NCBI GenBank assembly: GCA_964036045.1
Contig: OZ038378.1
Location: forward strand, 183,148,001-183,212,000
Direction: 5' to 3'
DNA length: 64,000 bases
From: Eutreptiella sp. 'Long Island Sound 2002'
Lineage: Eukaryota > Protista > Euglenida
The position numbers were made by a program, and so were the translations under genes. Of the stretch, positions 38,700 to 49,673 are shown piece by piece. Positions within the stretch are counted from its first letter, which is position 1. Every line of letters starts with the position of its first letter. The notes under the pieces were generated by a model that made no database searches, was not told the origin of the DNA, and saw only the letters and a program-made list of their open reading frames with translations.

Positions 38700-41480
38700 T
38701 GGTCCTTCCCCACTATGGGGACCCCTGAGAAGGCATGATTGATTTTGTCCCCTCTTTTGGGGGCCCCGAGAATGCAGGGGCTGCGCAGCAATTCCTCCCA
38801 TTTTTGGGCCCCCGAGAAGGCAGGGGTGATGTAGCCGCTTCTGATTTTGTCCCCTCTTCTAGTGACCCCTGACAGCTGACAGCGCAGGGGTTACGCAGCA
38901 ATTCCGCCCCTTTCTAAAAGGCAGCAGCAATGTAGCCACTTTTGATTTTGTCCCCTCTTCTGAGGATCCCCTAGAGGGCATGGGTTCTTCTTGGCCCCCG
39001 AGAAGGCAAGGCTGACGTAGCCATTTCTGATTTTGTCCCCTCTTCTGGGGATCCCGAGAACGCAATAGTTACGTAGCAATTCCGCCCACTTTTGGGCCCC
39101 CGAGAAGGCAGGGGTGATGTAGCCCTTTCTGATTTTGTCCCCTCTTCTTGGGACCCCCGAGAGCACAAGGGTCCCATGGCAATTCTGCTCTTTTCTGGGC
39201 CTGCGAGAAGGCAAGTGTGATGTAGCCATTTCTGATTTTGTCCCCTCTTCTGGGGATCCCTGACAGTGCAGGGGTTACGTAGCAATTCTGCCCACTTCCG
39301 GGCCCCCGAGAAGGCAGGGGGGATGTAGCCATTTTTGATTTTGTCCCCTCTTGTGGGCGCATGGGTTCTTCTCGGCCCCTTAGAAGGCAGGGTTGACTCA
39401 GCCATTTCTGATTTTGTCCCCTCTTGTGGGGATCTCGGAGGCGCAATAGCTACGCAACAATTCCGCCCACTTACGGGCCCCCGAGAAGGCAGGGCTGATG
39501 CAGCCCTTTCTGATTTTGTCCCCTCTTCAGGGGACCCTGAGAGCGCAAGGGTTACAAAGTTCGGCTCTTTTCTGGGCCTGCGAGAAGGCAAGGGTGATGT
39601 AGCTATTTCTGATTTTGTCCCCTCTTCTGGGGATCCCGAGAGCGCAATAGTTACGTAGCAATTCCGCCCACTTACGGGCCCCCGAGAAGGCAGGGGTGAT
39701 GTAGCCCTTTCTGATTTTGTCCCCTCCTGTGGGGACCCCCGAGAGCACAAGGGTTACAAAGCAGTTCTGCTCTTTTCTAGGCCTGCGAGAAGGCAAGGGT
39801 GATGTAGCTATTTCTGATTTTGTCCCCTCTTCCGGGGATCCCTAAGAGGGCAAGGGTTACGTAGCAATTCCAACCACTTCCAGGCCCCCGAGAAGGCAGG
39901 GGTGATGTAGCCCTTTCTGATTTTGTCCCCTCTTCTGGGTGCATGGGTTCTTCTAGGCCCCCTAGAAGGCAGGGGTGATGTAGCCACTTCTGATTTTGTC
40001 CCCTCTTCTGGGATCCTTGAGAGCGCACGGGTTGCATAGCAATTCCGCCCACTTCCAGGCCCCCGAGAAGGCAGGGGTGATGTAGTTTTTTCTGATTTCG
40101 TCCCCTCTTCTAGGGACCCCCGAGAGCGCAGGGGTTGCACAGCAATTCCGCCCTTTTGTGGGCCTGCGAGAAGGCGTGGGTGATGTAGCCCTTTCTGATT
40201 TTGTCCCCTCTTCTCACGACCCCTGAGAGCGCAAGGGTTGCATAGCATTTTTGCTCACTTCTGGGCTCCGAGAAGGTACCCCCCGTGTCCAACGAACACT
40301 GTGTCCAACGAACACTACCCGTTCGAACCGTATTTTTTGTGTACCTAATTAATTCGGTACATAATTAGGTACGAGACATCAGAATTGAGGTTTCATGCCA
40401 AAGGTGCGGGGAAATGAGGGGCTGTTGCAATGTATGTTGCAGAAAACTCTAAAGCAGGGTGTGGGGAAGTGGTGTCCCTCAACTACAGGACCTCTATTGC
40501 CCACTATGACTGACTCCCTACTGGCACCTGCCCGTGAGGTGCTGTACAAGCGGTACCACACCGGCGAGCTTGTACCAGCCACAATTCTTGGGCCTTCTGA
40601 TGTGTGGTGTTTGTGCCATGTTTTTGAGGACACCCTGTACCTAACCCGTGGTTTGATGGAGGACAGTGCTGTCCCATCAAACCTGTCTGTCCCCAAGGTG
40701 AGCAACTCGGATGGGGCTGCCACTTCTGCCCGTGCCAAGGAAAGCCCCAAGCCCGGGGAGCACGCTCAGCTTTTCCGCATGAAGCGGGACCGCAACAAGG
40801 GCTTCTACTCGGAAAAGTGTTAAGTGGAAGTCTCCAGCGCATTGTGCTTTGCATGGGCTGGGTATCTCGTGCACAGGGATGTGTTACCACCGGTTCACAA
40901 CATTGTCGCGCGCAACGAACACTGTGTCCAACGAACACTACCTGTTCGAACCGTATTTTTTGTGTACATAATTATTCGTTGGACACGGGGGGGGGGGGGG
41001 TAGGTGTGATGTAGCCATGTTTGATTTTGTCCCCTCTTCTAGGGACCCCCGGGAGCGCGGGGCTTACATAGCAATTCTGCCTTTTTTTGGGCCTGCGAGA
41101 AGGCACGGGTGATGTAGCCCCTTCTGATTTTGTCCCCTCTTCTGGGGGCCCCCGCGAAGGCAAGGGTTGTATAGCATTTCTGCTCATTTCTGCGCCCCAA
41201 GAAGGCAAGGGTGGAGCAGCTTTTTCTGATTTTGTCCCTTCTTCTAGGGATCCCCCGGAGCGCAGGGGTTACATTGTAATTCCGCCCTTTTCAAGGGCCC
41301 CTGAGCAGGCAGGGGCGATGTAGCCACTTTTGATTCTGTCCCCTCTTCTGGGGACCCAGAGAATGCAGGGGTTACATAGCAATTCCGCCCACTTCTAGGC
41401 CCCCGAGAAGGCAAGGGTGATGTAGCTTTTTCTGATTTTGTCCCCTCTTCTGGGAACCCCCGAGAAGGCAAGGGTTACAT
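38700..41480. repeat. Dimeric satellite (A ~45 bp + B ~58 bp subunits), interrupted at 40279-41000
   Basis: Alternating GCAGGGGTTACGTAGCAATTCCGCCCACTT..GGGCCCCCGAGAAG and GCAGGGGTGATGTAGCC.TTTCTGATTTTGTCCCCTCTTCTGGGGA units. Related variants at ~41480-41990 and ~42620-42758. Confidence 0.92.
40279..41000 (+). mobile_element. MITE-like element with TA TSD (Tc1/mariner-type target) inserted in the satellite
   Basis: 18-bp TIR CCCCCCGTGTCCAACGAA / TTCGTTGGACACGGGGGG. TA at 40277-78 and 41001-02. Removing it restores a satellite unit (GAGAAGG-TA-GGTGTGATGTAGCC). Carries ORF 40395..40823. Confidence 0.85.
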
Positions 41481-42002
41481 AGCATTTCTACTCATTTCTG
41501 GGCCCAATTTTGGGGCCACGTGTGATTTTGTCCCCCATTTTGAAGCGTTGGGGACCCCACCCCGGACGGCAGGGGTTGTGTAGCCACGTTGGCCCACTTG
41601 TGGGCCACTTCTAATTTTGTCCCCCGCTTTGAAGCGTTGGGGGCACCCCAAACGGCAATGGTTATGTACCCACTTGTGGCCCACTTTTGAATTTGTCCCA
41701 GCTTTGAAGCATTGGGGACTCCCCCAGACGGCAGAGGTGATGTAGCCACTTCGGCCCATTTGTGGGCCTCTTCTCATTCGCCCCCCGCTTTGAAGCGATG
41801 GGGTCCCCCAAGACAGCACGGGTTATGTAGCCACTTTGGCCCACTTGTGGGCCAATTCTGATTCTGTTCCCCACCCTAGCGGTGGGGACCCCCCCCCCCC
41901 CCAAGACAGCTGAGGTGATGTAGCCACTTTTTTGGCGCATTTGTGGGCCCCTTTTGATTTTGTCCCCCGCTCTGAAGCTTTGGGACCCCCAAGACGATGG
42001 TG

Positions 42003-42415
42003 GTGCCAAAGGGAGGGGGAAGGCAATCCATAGACACAAAATGGTGCCAGGTAGTACACACGGGAATGCCAAAGAGAGGGCATAGACATGAATTGGCCCT
42101 AGGTAGTACACACGGGTGCCAAAGGGAGAGGGGGAGATTGGCGCTAGGTAGTACACACAAGGGTGCCAAAGGGAGGGGGGGGGGACTGTCCAAAGACATG
42201 AATTCGCGTCACGTAGTACACAGGGGTGCAAAGGGAGGGGGGAGACAATCCATAGGCATGAATTGGTGCCAAGTAGTACACACAAGTGTGCTCAAGGGAG
42301 GGGGGGAGACAGCCCGTAGACATAAATTGCAGCCAAGTAGTGCACACAAGGGTGCCAAAGGGAGGGGAGACTGTGCATAGGCATGAATTGGCGCCACGTA
42401 GTACACACATGGGTG
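42003..42415. repeat. Tandem repeat, 7 units of ~47-64 bp
   Basis: Each unit is anchored by TGCCAAAGGGAGGGG and GTAGTACACAC. Confidence 0.85.
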
Positions 42416-42880
42416 CTTGGGGGGGGGGGGGGGCTGGGAGTGAAGTGTCACGTGAGTGTAAAAAAAATATAAAAAAAGTATTTAAAAAAAATACTTTTTG
42501 GGGGGGGGTGTCACGCGAGTCACTCGTGTGACACTCGAAAAAAAAATATATATACAAGATTTTTTTCCCGTGTTAGCGCGAGTGTTTTTTTTTTTTTGAG
42601 TGTCAGCGCGAGTGTACCCCAAAAAGGCCAAATGGGTTATTTTCACCACCCGGCCCACTTGTGGGCCACTTGTGATTCTACCCCCAGCTCTGAAGTGTTG
42701 GGGACCCCCCGGGCAGGGGTTATGTAGCCACTTGGCCCTTTTTTGGGCCACTTTTGATCAGAGCGGTCCTTAGAGAACCAGTTTTTTTTGGTTAGGGACC
42801 GCCCTTAAGGAGCGCCCTCACGGGCCTTTTGCACTAGCCTGACGTGCGCCATGTTTGTCCCCTTTTTGGGGACCCCCATG

Positions 42881-43350
42881 AATGCAGGGGTTACGTAGCA
42901 ATTCCGCCCTCTTTTGGGCCCCCGGCAAGTCAGGGGTGAGGCTGCCAATTCGGATTTTCTCCCCGCGCTTGGCGTTGGGGACCCCCGAGAATACAGGGGT
43001 TACGTAGCAATTCCGCCCTCTTTTGGGCCCCGGCGAAGGCAGGGGTGAGGCAGCCTCTTCTGATTTTCTCCCCGCGCTTGGCATTGGGGGACCCCTGAGA
43101 ATGCAGGGGTTACGTAGCAATACCGCCCTCTTTTGGGCCCCCGGCAAGGCAGGGGTGAGGTAGCCTCTTCTGATTTTCTCCCCGCGCTTGGCGTTGGGGA
43201 CCCCTGAGAATGCAGGGGTTACATAGCAATTCCGCCCTCTTTTGGGCCCCTGCGAAGGCAGGGGTAAGGCAGCCTCTTCTGATTTTCTCCCCGCGCTTGG
43301 CGTTGGGGACCCCCGAGAATGCAGGGGTTACGTAGCAATTCCGCCCTCTT
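42881..43350. repeat. Homogeneous 109-bp satellite variant, ~4.3 copies
   Basis: Unit starts AAT(G/A)CAGGGGTTAC at 42881, 42990, 43100, 43209 and 43318. Confidence 0.92.
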
Positions 43351-43448
43351 TTGGGCCCTGGTTGGTAGTGCTATAGTGGAGTAGCTCCTCTTCTAACCTC
43401 CCCAACCCTCCTGCCGTCGTCTCTACGTCTTCTGACCTTGCCTCGCAG

Positions 43449-43631
43449 TTGGTGTTCATGTATGATATGGATGAGGTAGCGGTGAAGACAATGGAGAGGG
43501 GTAGGATGCGTGAGTGGACCCATATTGAGTTCAAGGCCATTTGCAGGAGGCATTATTTGAGTGTGAAAGGGGCAAAAGGTGAGCTTATGCAGCGTGTCAA
43601 GGCCCATTCTCACCATTTGTACCGGTTGTAG
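43449..43631 (+). CDS. Small SAP-domain ORF
   Basis: MREWTHIEFKAICRRHYLSVKGAKGELMQRVKAH matches the SAP pattern (x-L/F-K-x2-C-x4-L-x3-G-x-K-x-EL-x2-R). Confidence 0.55.
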   Translation: MVFMYDMDEVAVKTMERGRMREWTHIEFKAICRRHYLSVKGAKGELMQRVKAHSHHLYRL

Positions 43632-45500
43632 AGAGTATATATAGCTGTGCCACCGGCAATGGAACATTCGGGTGGTCGAACGCTATGTCACTGCATTTGA
43701 TGAAAAAAACATTGCTCCTGTTGTTCTTCAATTGTGCAAGGTGTCAGGTAGGGAGCAGATGCTATCACCTAACACATGTGGGGGTAGGGACATATGGATG
43801 AGTGATTGCACACATGTGGGGCTAGGAACTCATGGTTGAACAGTTAAGAACCCCGGGGTGAAGACGTGAAGAGCTAGGAACCAATGGTTGAACACATGGA
43901 GTGTCCGCAGGCATTTTTGGGAAAACTGGGTAACGGAACACTTTTTTTTTCTTTTCCGTTAAGGACCGCCCTGGTCTATAAAGGGGGGGGGGAGGGGAGA
44001 AGACTACTCGTGCTGATAATCAAAAAAAAGATATATTTCTTTTCCCCAATTTTTTCCAGCTGACATATGAGCAGTTGCGAGACAAAAAAAACAGGAAAAG
44101 ATTTCTTTTTCTTTTTTTATCATTGATGCAAACAGCTCCCAATGCACACTGCATGCCATATGCTTTATGAGGCATGTTCAAGGCCTTTGGGTGCAATCAG
44201 CGTTTGCTGGAGGTGTTGATTCTTCTGTGACCCTCTTCTATGATCCCCAAGCAGCTAATGTGTTGGCCACAACGTTTTTAGGTGCATTATATCCAATCGC
44301 TACCAAGTGGTTCCTACTCATCCTTTTTCATGCTTCTCATTTCTGTGCAAGTAGCATTGGTATGAGGTCTGTGAGCCTCCATTGGTTCATTTTTGGCACC
44401 CCTTGCTCCATCTGCCGACACTACGCAACTAACTTTGCTTGTGGGTGTAGTGTACCCAATGCCCACCCATGGGTTCCTCCTCATTCTTGATTTCTTCTGC
44501 TCTTCCAATTCGATCATTTGTCTGTTCCACAGTGCTGTTGCGTTGCCCATGCTTGGAGCACCAAAAATGTCCGTGGGAGTGAATGTGCCTCATGTTGCCT
44601 CTCCAAGTAGCAACAGTCGTCAGATTTGAATTTTTCCCTTAACGCTTGTGCTTGTGCCCGCGCTCGAGGCGTTCGTTGTGCTCAAAAAGAAGAAAACAAT
44701 TTTTTTCACACAAGCATGTCTGTGGCTTTTTTCAACACCCGCATGCCGCTTACCGAGACAGGGTGTGCTGATAAAAAAACATTCATCCTCATCAAAGAGA
44801 AAATGGCGGTTTTTTAATCGAAATTGAAAATAATGAAGGCAAAACTGTCAAATTTGAGCGCCCGTTTGAGGATCAAATGAAAGAGAACAAGAGCACAATG
44901 TGTGGTTAGCAACAAGGGTTTGCAATTTCCTGTTGGCTTGAATGTTTTTCCCCATGTCGGGAATCAGCCAAAGGAACAAGAGGAGCTGAATGAGCAGGCT
45001 TTTCACCTGTCAGCATGCCAGCGCAAGCTATGGGCAGATGTAGCAGGCCATGGCTGCACAACAGGCTTTGGTGTCTGGACCAAGGGGTCCCCAGGGACAA
45101 TGGCGAAAAGCAGCGCTAGGCATTGCTCTTGGGGTGTGATGGAAACCTGGAAGGGTTCCCCCCACCCAGTATCTGATGGTATCCACTGGTAAAGTCACCC
45201 CAGGAAGCTATGCTGCGCACATGCCCCTTTTGTACCCCTTTGTCCCCCTAGAGGCTGCCATTTTGTCAAGCTGCAAGCAGGGTATGTTGTGTGCACAGCG
45301 TGGCAGTTGCTATTTGCTGTCCTTGCACACCTTGAATGATTCCATCCTTTTTGTGTGCATGACAGTGGCCATCTCTCTTTCGAGGAAACTCAGTGCGCTT
45401 TGTTATTCCTTGACGAGTTGATTTTGCACATGCTCGGAGTGCACTTGGTAGGGACAGCAGAACTCTGCGCCAGAGTCTCCAGGCTTTGTTGATGGTGTCC

Positions 45501-45517
45501 CTCTATCCTTCCTCCAG
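45501..45517 (+). promoter_or_regulatory. Putative spliced-leader trans-splice acceptor (polypyrimidine tract + AG)
   Basis: ctctatccttcctccag ends 5 nt before the HVA22 ATG. A second AG lies at 45520-21. Confidence 0.5.
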
Positions 45518-45522
45518 TCAGC

Positions 45523-45801
45523 ATGTTCATTGGTGATTCTTTCCTTGGCTTCATCGTCAGCATTTTGCTGGTGGCAGCAGGCTATCAGACTTGGAAGGCT
45601 GTGGAGGGCAACAACTCAGATGCAAAGAAGCATTGGCTGACATTCTGGATGCTCTATGGGGTGTTCCAGTTTTTGGAGTTGTTCTTGGATGTCTTGTTGT
45701 GCTGGATGCCGTTCTTCTACAACGAGGCCAAGCTGGGCTTCTATGTGTATCTGGCTTTCTTTGATGGTGCCAGCAAAATCTATGATCTTGTGGGTGAAAA
45801 G
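45523..45801 (+). CDS. TB2/DP1/HVA22 (REEP/Yop1-like) family protein, exon 1
   Basis: GYQTWKAVE..KKHWLTFWMLYGVFQFLELFLDVLLCWMPFFYNEAKLGFYVYL is the family signature. Donor GAAAAG|gtgatt at 45801/45802. Confidence 0.88.
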
Positions 45802-46301
45802 GTGATTCCTTACCCCAAAAATGTGGTCAGGGTTACAATCAAGTGGCTCATGTAAATTGGGTACTTGATGTTTAGCACTTCTCATGCTCTCTGTGCTGCA
45901 CAGCTACAAGACAGTTCTGAAAGGCACTCCTGCTCGCTCGCTCCAACATGTTGTAGACGACTCTCAGTCAGGAAGGGGAGGGTTCAGCGGTAAACTGTAC
46001 GGGACATGACTGGTCCCAACCACCCACCCACCCGTCCACAATTAGGATCCACCGATCTGCTCTCAGCACAATGGTGGAAACTGTCCATCTTCCACTCGGT
46101 TGGTCGAGAATCTGGACTGTAATGGGGTTGAGCAGGATGCAAGAATCCCTGGGTGCAATGCCGTGCAACTGTACTGAAATGGGTTGATTCAAGGGTTGTG
46201 AGATGGTGCAAGTGATGGAAGACAGCATATGAGATATTCTGGACATTCAGAGCATCCCACATACCTCCTCACATCCAGATTGGTGTGTGCCCCGATAGTA
46301 T

Positions 46302-47053
46302 GCACGAAGTCGCCCCCCCCCCCTACCTCCCCCCCCTACCTACCCCCCCCCCCCCTACCCCCCCCCCCTACCTTCAGCTCGCTTCGCTCGACAGACGGCT
46401 CGCTTCGCTCGACGCGGGGGCCAGCCCCCGCACCCCCCTTAAATAACATGACTCCTGTGGTGGCCACAGACCGCCTTTTTGTGCACCGCCTTGTGTGTGC
46501 ACCGCCTTCTGTGTGTACTGCCTTGCCTGTGGCCCCTTAGATAACAAGACTCCTGCGGTGGCCACAGGCCGCCTTTTGTGTGTACCGCCTTGTGCGTGCA
46601 CCGCCTTCTGTATGCACCGCCTTGCCTGTGGCCCCTTAAATAACAAGACTCCTGCGGTGGCCACAGGCCGCCTTTTGTGTGTTCCGCCTTGTGTGTGCAC
46701 CGCCTTCTGTGTGCACCGCCTTGCCTGTGGCCCCTGAAATAACAAGACTCCTGCGGTGGCCACAGGCCGCCTTTTGTGTGTTCCGCCTTGTGTGTGCACC
46801 GCCTTGTGTATGTACCGCCTTGCCTGTGGCCCCTTAAATAACAAGACTCCTGCGGTGGCCACAGACCGCCTTTTGTGTGTTCCGCCTTGTGTATGCCCCG
46901 CCTTGTGTGTGCACCGCCTTCTGTGTGTATGATCCTACCCCCCCCCCTCCCCCCGAACCCACCCCATCCCCCCCCTACCCCCCCCCCCTACCTTCTCGAC
47001 CCCCCCCTACCTCCCCCCCCCTACCTCCAAGGTAGGGGGGGGCGACTTTGTGC
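46302..47053. mobile_element. Intronic TIR element with 5 x ~99-bp internal tandem repeat
   Basis: GCACGAAGTCGCCCCCCCCCCCTACC at the left end vs GGTAGGGGGGGCGACTTTGTGC at the right. ATAACAAGACTCCTGCGGTGGCCACAG recurs at ~46443, 46541, 46640, 46739 and 46839. Flanks GATAGTAT / GATATATG may be a decayed TSD. Confidence 0.75.
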
Positions 47054-47263
47054 GATATATGGTGCCCCTACCCTCAGGATTTGAGGTTTGTGATCTGAGG
47101 TTCCACAAAGTTGAAATGTTGAACCGAGAGCGCAAAGATGCACCTTATGCTGAGTGTGGGGTACATTATTTCATTCTTATCTATGTGTGTCAGTGCTGTT
47201 GCGTGCAATTATTACCAAGAACCTGCCCTGTCAGGGTTCCATCCTTGGATGCGTGCATTTTAG

Positions 47264-47374
47264 GGTTTCAAGCATGCCGAAGACAACGTGAAGCAAGTGC
47301 ACAAGAAGCTCATGACGAATGATCAGTACAAGCAACTGTCAGAGAAGATTCAAAACTACACGAAGTCTGCTTGA
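47264..47374 (+). CDS. TB2/DP1/HVA22 family protein, exon 2
   Basis: Acceptor cattttag|GGT. In-frame GFKHAEDNVKQVHKKLMTNDQYKQLSEKIQNYTKSA* gives a plausible amphipathic tail. Total 129 aa; intron 45802-47263. Confidence 0.72.
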   Translation, partial: GFKHAEDNVKQVHKKLMTNDQYKQLSEKIQNYTKSA

Positions 47375-48525
47375 GCTGTCGTCAGCAATTTCAGTTGGGG
47401 GTCACGAATGAAGAGTTTCTGCTGTTTCATCCAGAGCCAGTGTCTGCTTCAGTGTCGAAATGGCTGTAACTGTGTAAAAAACATCCCCACCAGGGTGAAC
47501 AGGGTGTGGACACTCGGCGCCATTGGCTTGCCGACTGCCACTCTGCAGGCATGTTTTCAGGCTGAGGGTGAGGGTTGAGGTTGGCCAGAATGGTATGCCA
47601 GGATTGAGGATGTTGAGTGTGCTTCTTTGGGTTTTCATCATGCAATCCAAATTTCTTGAGCCATTAATCCGGTTTTTGCAGCCCATTCAGTACGCATCTG
47701 TTCTACCTGGAACGGCCACCTCGTACAGATTCCTTGACTTCATATCCATTTGCAATGGTTTGATTTAGCGCTACTGATATCGTGATCTGGATGGTTTTCA
47801 GTTTTGGGTAGGTTTAATTCCACGGACACAGATGGCATGCGTCTGCGCACAGACTGCATGCATTTGCATGCAGATTAAATGCATTTGCATGCAGATTGCA
47901 TGCATTATGCTTCACGGATGATTGCATGTGTCCGCTTTAGGCATGTCTCCTCACGGGGGTGTATGTGTCTCCATTTCATAGCCTCCAATTCAAAACATTT
48001 GTGCAAGCATTGCAAATGTGAAAGTGGGGCTGGGCTTGAGCCCCAGATGGTACATGGTGCATATGCTATCTTTTGCACCATGCACAAGTCACATCAACCC
48101 ACTTGGAGGTGCACCCATCCAGTGGCTGTTTGCAAGAGCACCAGCAATCAGCTTCAACGAATACATTGGATCCGTGTGAGCATAGAGTATTTCAGCAACT
48201 GCATTTTGCAACGACGAAAGATGTACATAGGTTTGTGTATATGCTGCTAGGTGTTTTGGACACGAGTGATGACAATGGGCATGAACATGAAGTTTGCACT
48301 GGTGCCAAGTGATCAAGCTCTTACCAAGTGCACGCGTGGTTTGGACACAAATGGTTGCAGATGGGCATGGGCTGGTCAAAGAGGATCAAGCTGCTACTAA
48401 GTGCACGTTGCATTCCCAGCTCCTGCATTTCCAAGCACAATCTTCCAATTTCCAATCACACAAGTGAGATCCATATCCACCACCACTTCTTTGTAAACCA
48501 CATTTGCCTGCACAACGGACCAATG

Positions 48526-48906
48526 GAGAGTACGTTAGCGCGCTGGGCACGCGCCGGGCAAGGTTTTCCTACGCTTTGGTGTGGCCCTTCGAGTTGGGGT
48601 TACGGACTCCCACTCTTCAGTGTGGCCACTTGAGTGGTCCGTCATGCGCAAGAGGGGGATTCTTTGATTTTGAGGTGGGTGGCCATGATGGGGCTTACAA
48701 GGGTAGGGTGCATGTGATCATCCAATTTGTTGGGCGAAAAAATGGGAAGTTGCTTGATTGCCAACAGTCATACAATGTGCTTGTGCTTAGGGTTCCTGGG
48801 CTAGAGGAGGGAGTGAAGTTTGGGGGTAAAGCATTGTGATAGATGGCTGGAACATTCATTTGGATGCCGGGCACGTGCCGGGCGCGCGCCGGGCAAACGT
48901 ACCCTC
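48526..48906 (+). mobile_element. Non-autonomous PIF/Harbinger element, second subfamily (381 bp)
   Basis: TIR GAGAGTACGTTAGC / GCAAACGTACCCTC. TSD ATG (48523-25, 48907-09). Encodes GGFFDFEVGGHDGAYKGRVHVIIQFVGRKNGKL..QQSYN, homologous to copies 1 and 2. Confidence 0.85.
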
Positions 48907-49292
48907 ATGGACAGCAAGTCAGTGATCTGTACCTGTTCGTAGGCAAAAATTGTTGCACTGCTGGTTCAAGAGCCGAAGAGGGTTTGTGTGCAGGAAAGAA
49001 CACTCACAGGCACGATGCAATTGGGTGATACACGTCTGGTTTTGATTGTGGGCATCATTTCCAGAAATGAGTGCTGAAGACTTCTTCTGAATATCATCAT
49101 CGTGCCATATCCCCATCTGGAACAGAGTGCCTGCAAAGCCCTGGCTGCAGATGACTGCATGCGATGTCCACGTGAAAGCCTCTGTGTCCTCCTTTCCTGA
49201 AATGTGCACACTTGATCTCTCCTTTGTGATTTTCACTGGAGGAGCGTTGCTGTGCACTTCCCAAAAAAGTTCTTGGCCTTGCTACGTGATGA

Positions 49293-49673
49293 ATGCACAC
49301 TTGTTCTGGCAGGCCAAGTGGTAGATGTCAGTTTTGGAGTGGTCGATTTGGAAGCCTATTACCATGGGCAACTCATCGAGGGAGCTTACCGCGCGGTGCG
49401 ATGCGCAGAGTGCTCAACCTTGGGCATTGTTTTTGTCGCTTGTTCACGTGGCACAGTTCTATCTGCATCCAACAGTTTCTGAATGCCCGGAACGTGCAGT
49501 ATGAGCCATATGGTCCATGGGACCATTTCCCCAACAACATCTACGGCCAACCAAAGGCTACAAGGCGGCGTACCGACTCGGATTCATCCTATTCATCTGT
49601 AGAAACCTCTTCCGGGTCATCACTTACGTCCGACGATGAGGATGAGGATGTGGACGAGGGCAAGAACAATTAA
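49293..49673 (+). pseudogene. Possible decayed Harbinger-type transposase C-terminus
   Basis: GHCFCRLFTW..QQFLNARNVQYEPYGPWDHFP followed by an acidic tail. The first part resembles IEQLFARLWH of the copies above. No ends identified. Confidence 0.3.

Larger units (their letters stand above)
42759..43973. mobile_element. TIR-bounded element (CAG-start, hAT-like ends) carrying 109-bp satellite units and a SAP ORF
   Basis: CAGAGCGGTCCTTA (42759) vs TAAGGACCGCCCTG (43960-43973), 13/14 complementary. No 8-bp TSD found. Confidence 0.5.

Noticed and set aside
38713-43147. ORFs with EEGTKSE..TSPLPSRGP repeats
   Set aside because: Translation of the satellite. Several overlapping frames are open and switch at monomer indels.
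45802-45855. HVA22 C-terminus VIPYPKNVVRVTIKWLM from the ORF track
   Set aside because: Begins exactly at a GT donor. An in-frame downstream exon at 47264 gives a more plausible tail.
46312-46372. Telomere-like repeat
   Set aside because: Irregular Cn-TAC(CT) blocks, not a regular CCCTAA array. They are part of the intronic TIR element.
46443-46930. CRISPR-like array
   Set aside because: Whole ~99-bp units are repeated with no unique spacers, and there are no cas genes. The context is eukaryotic and intronic.
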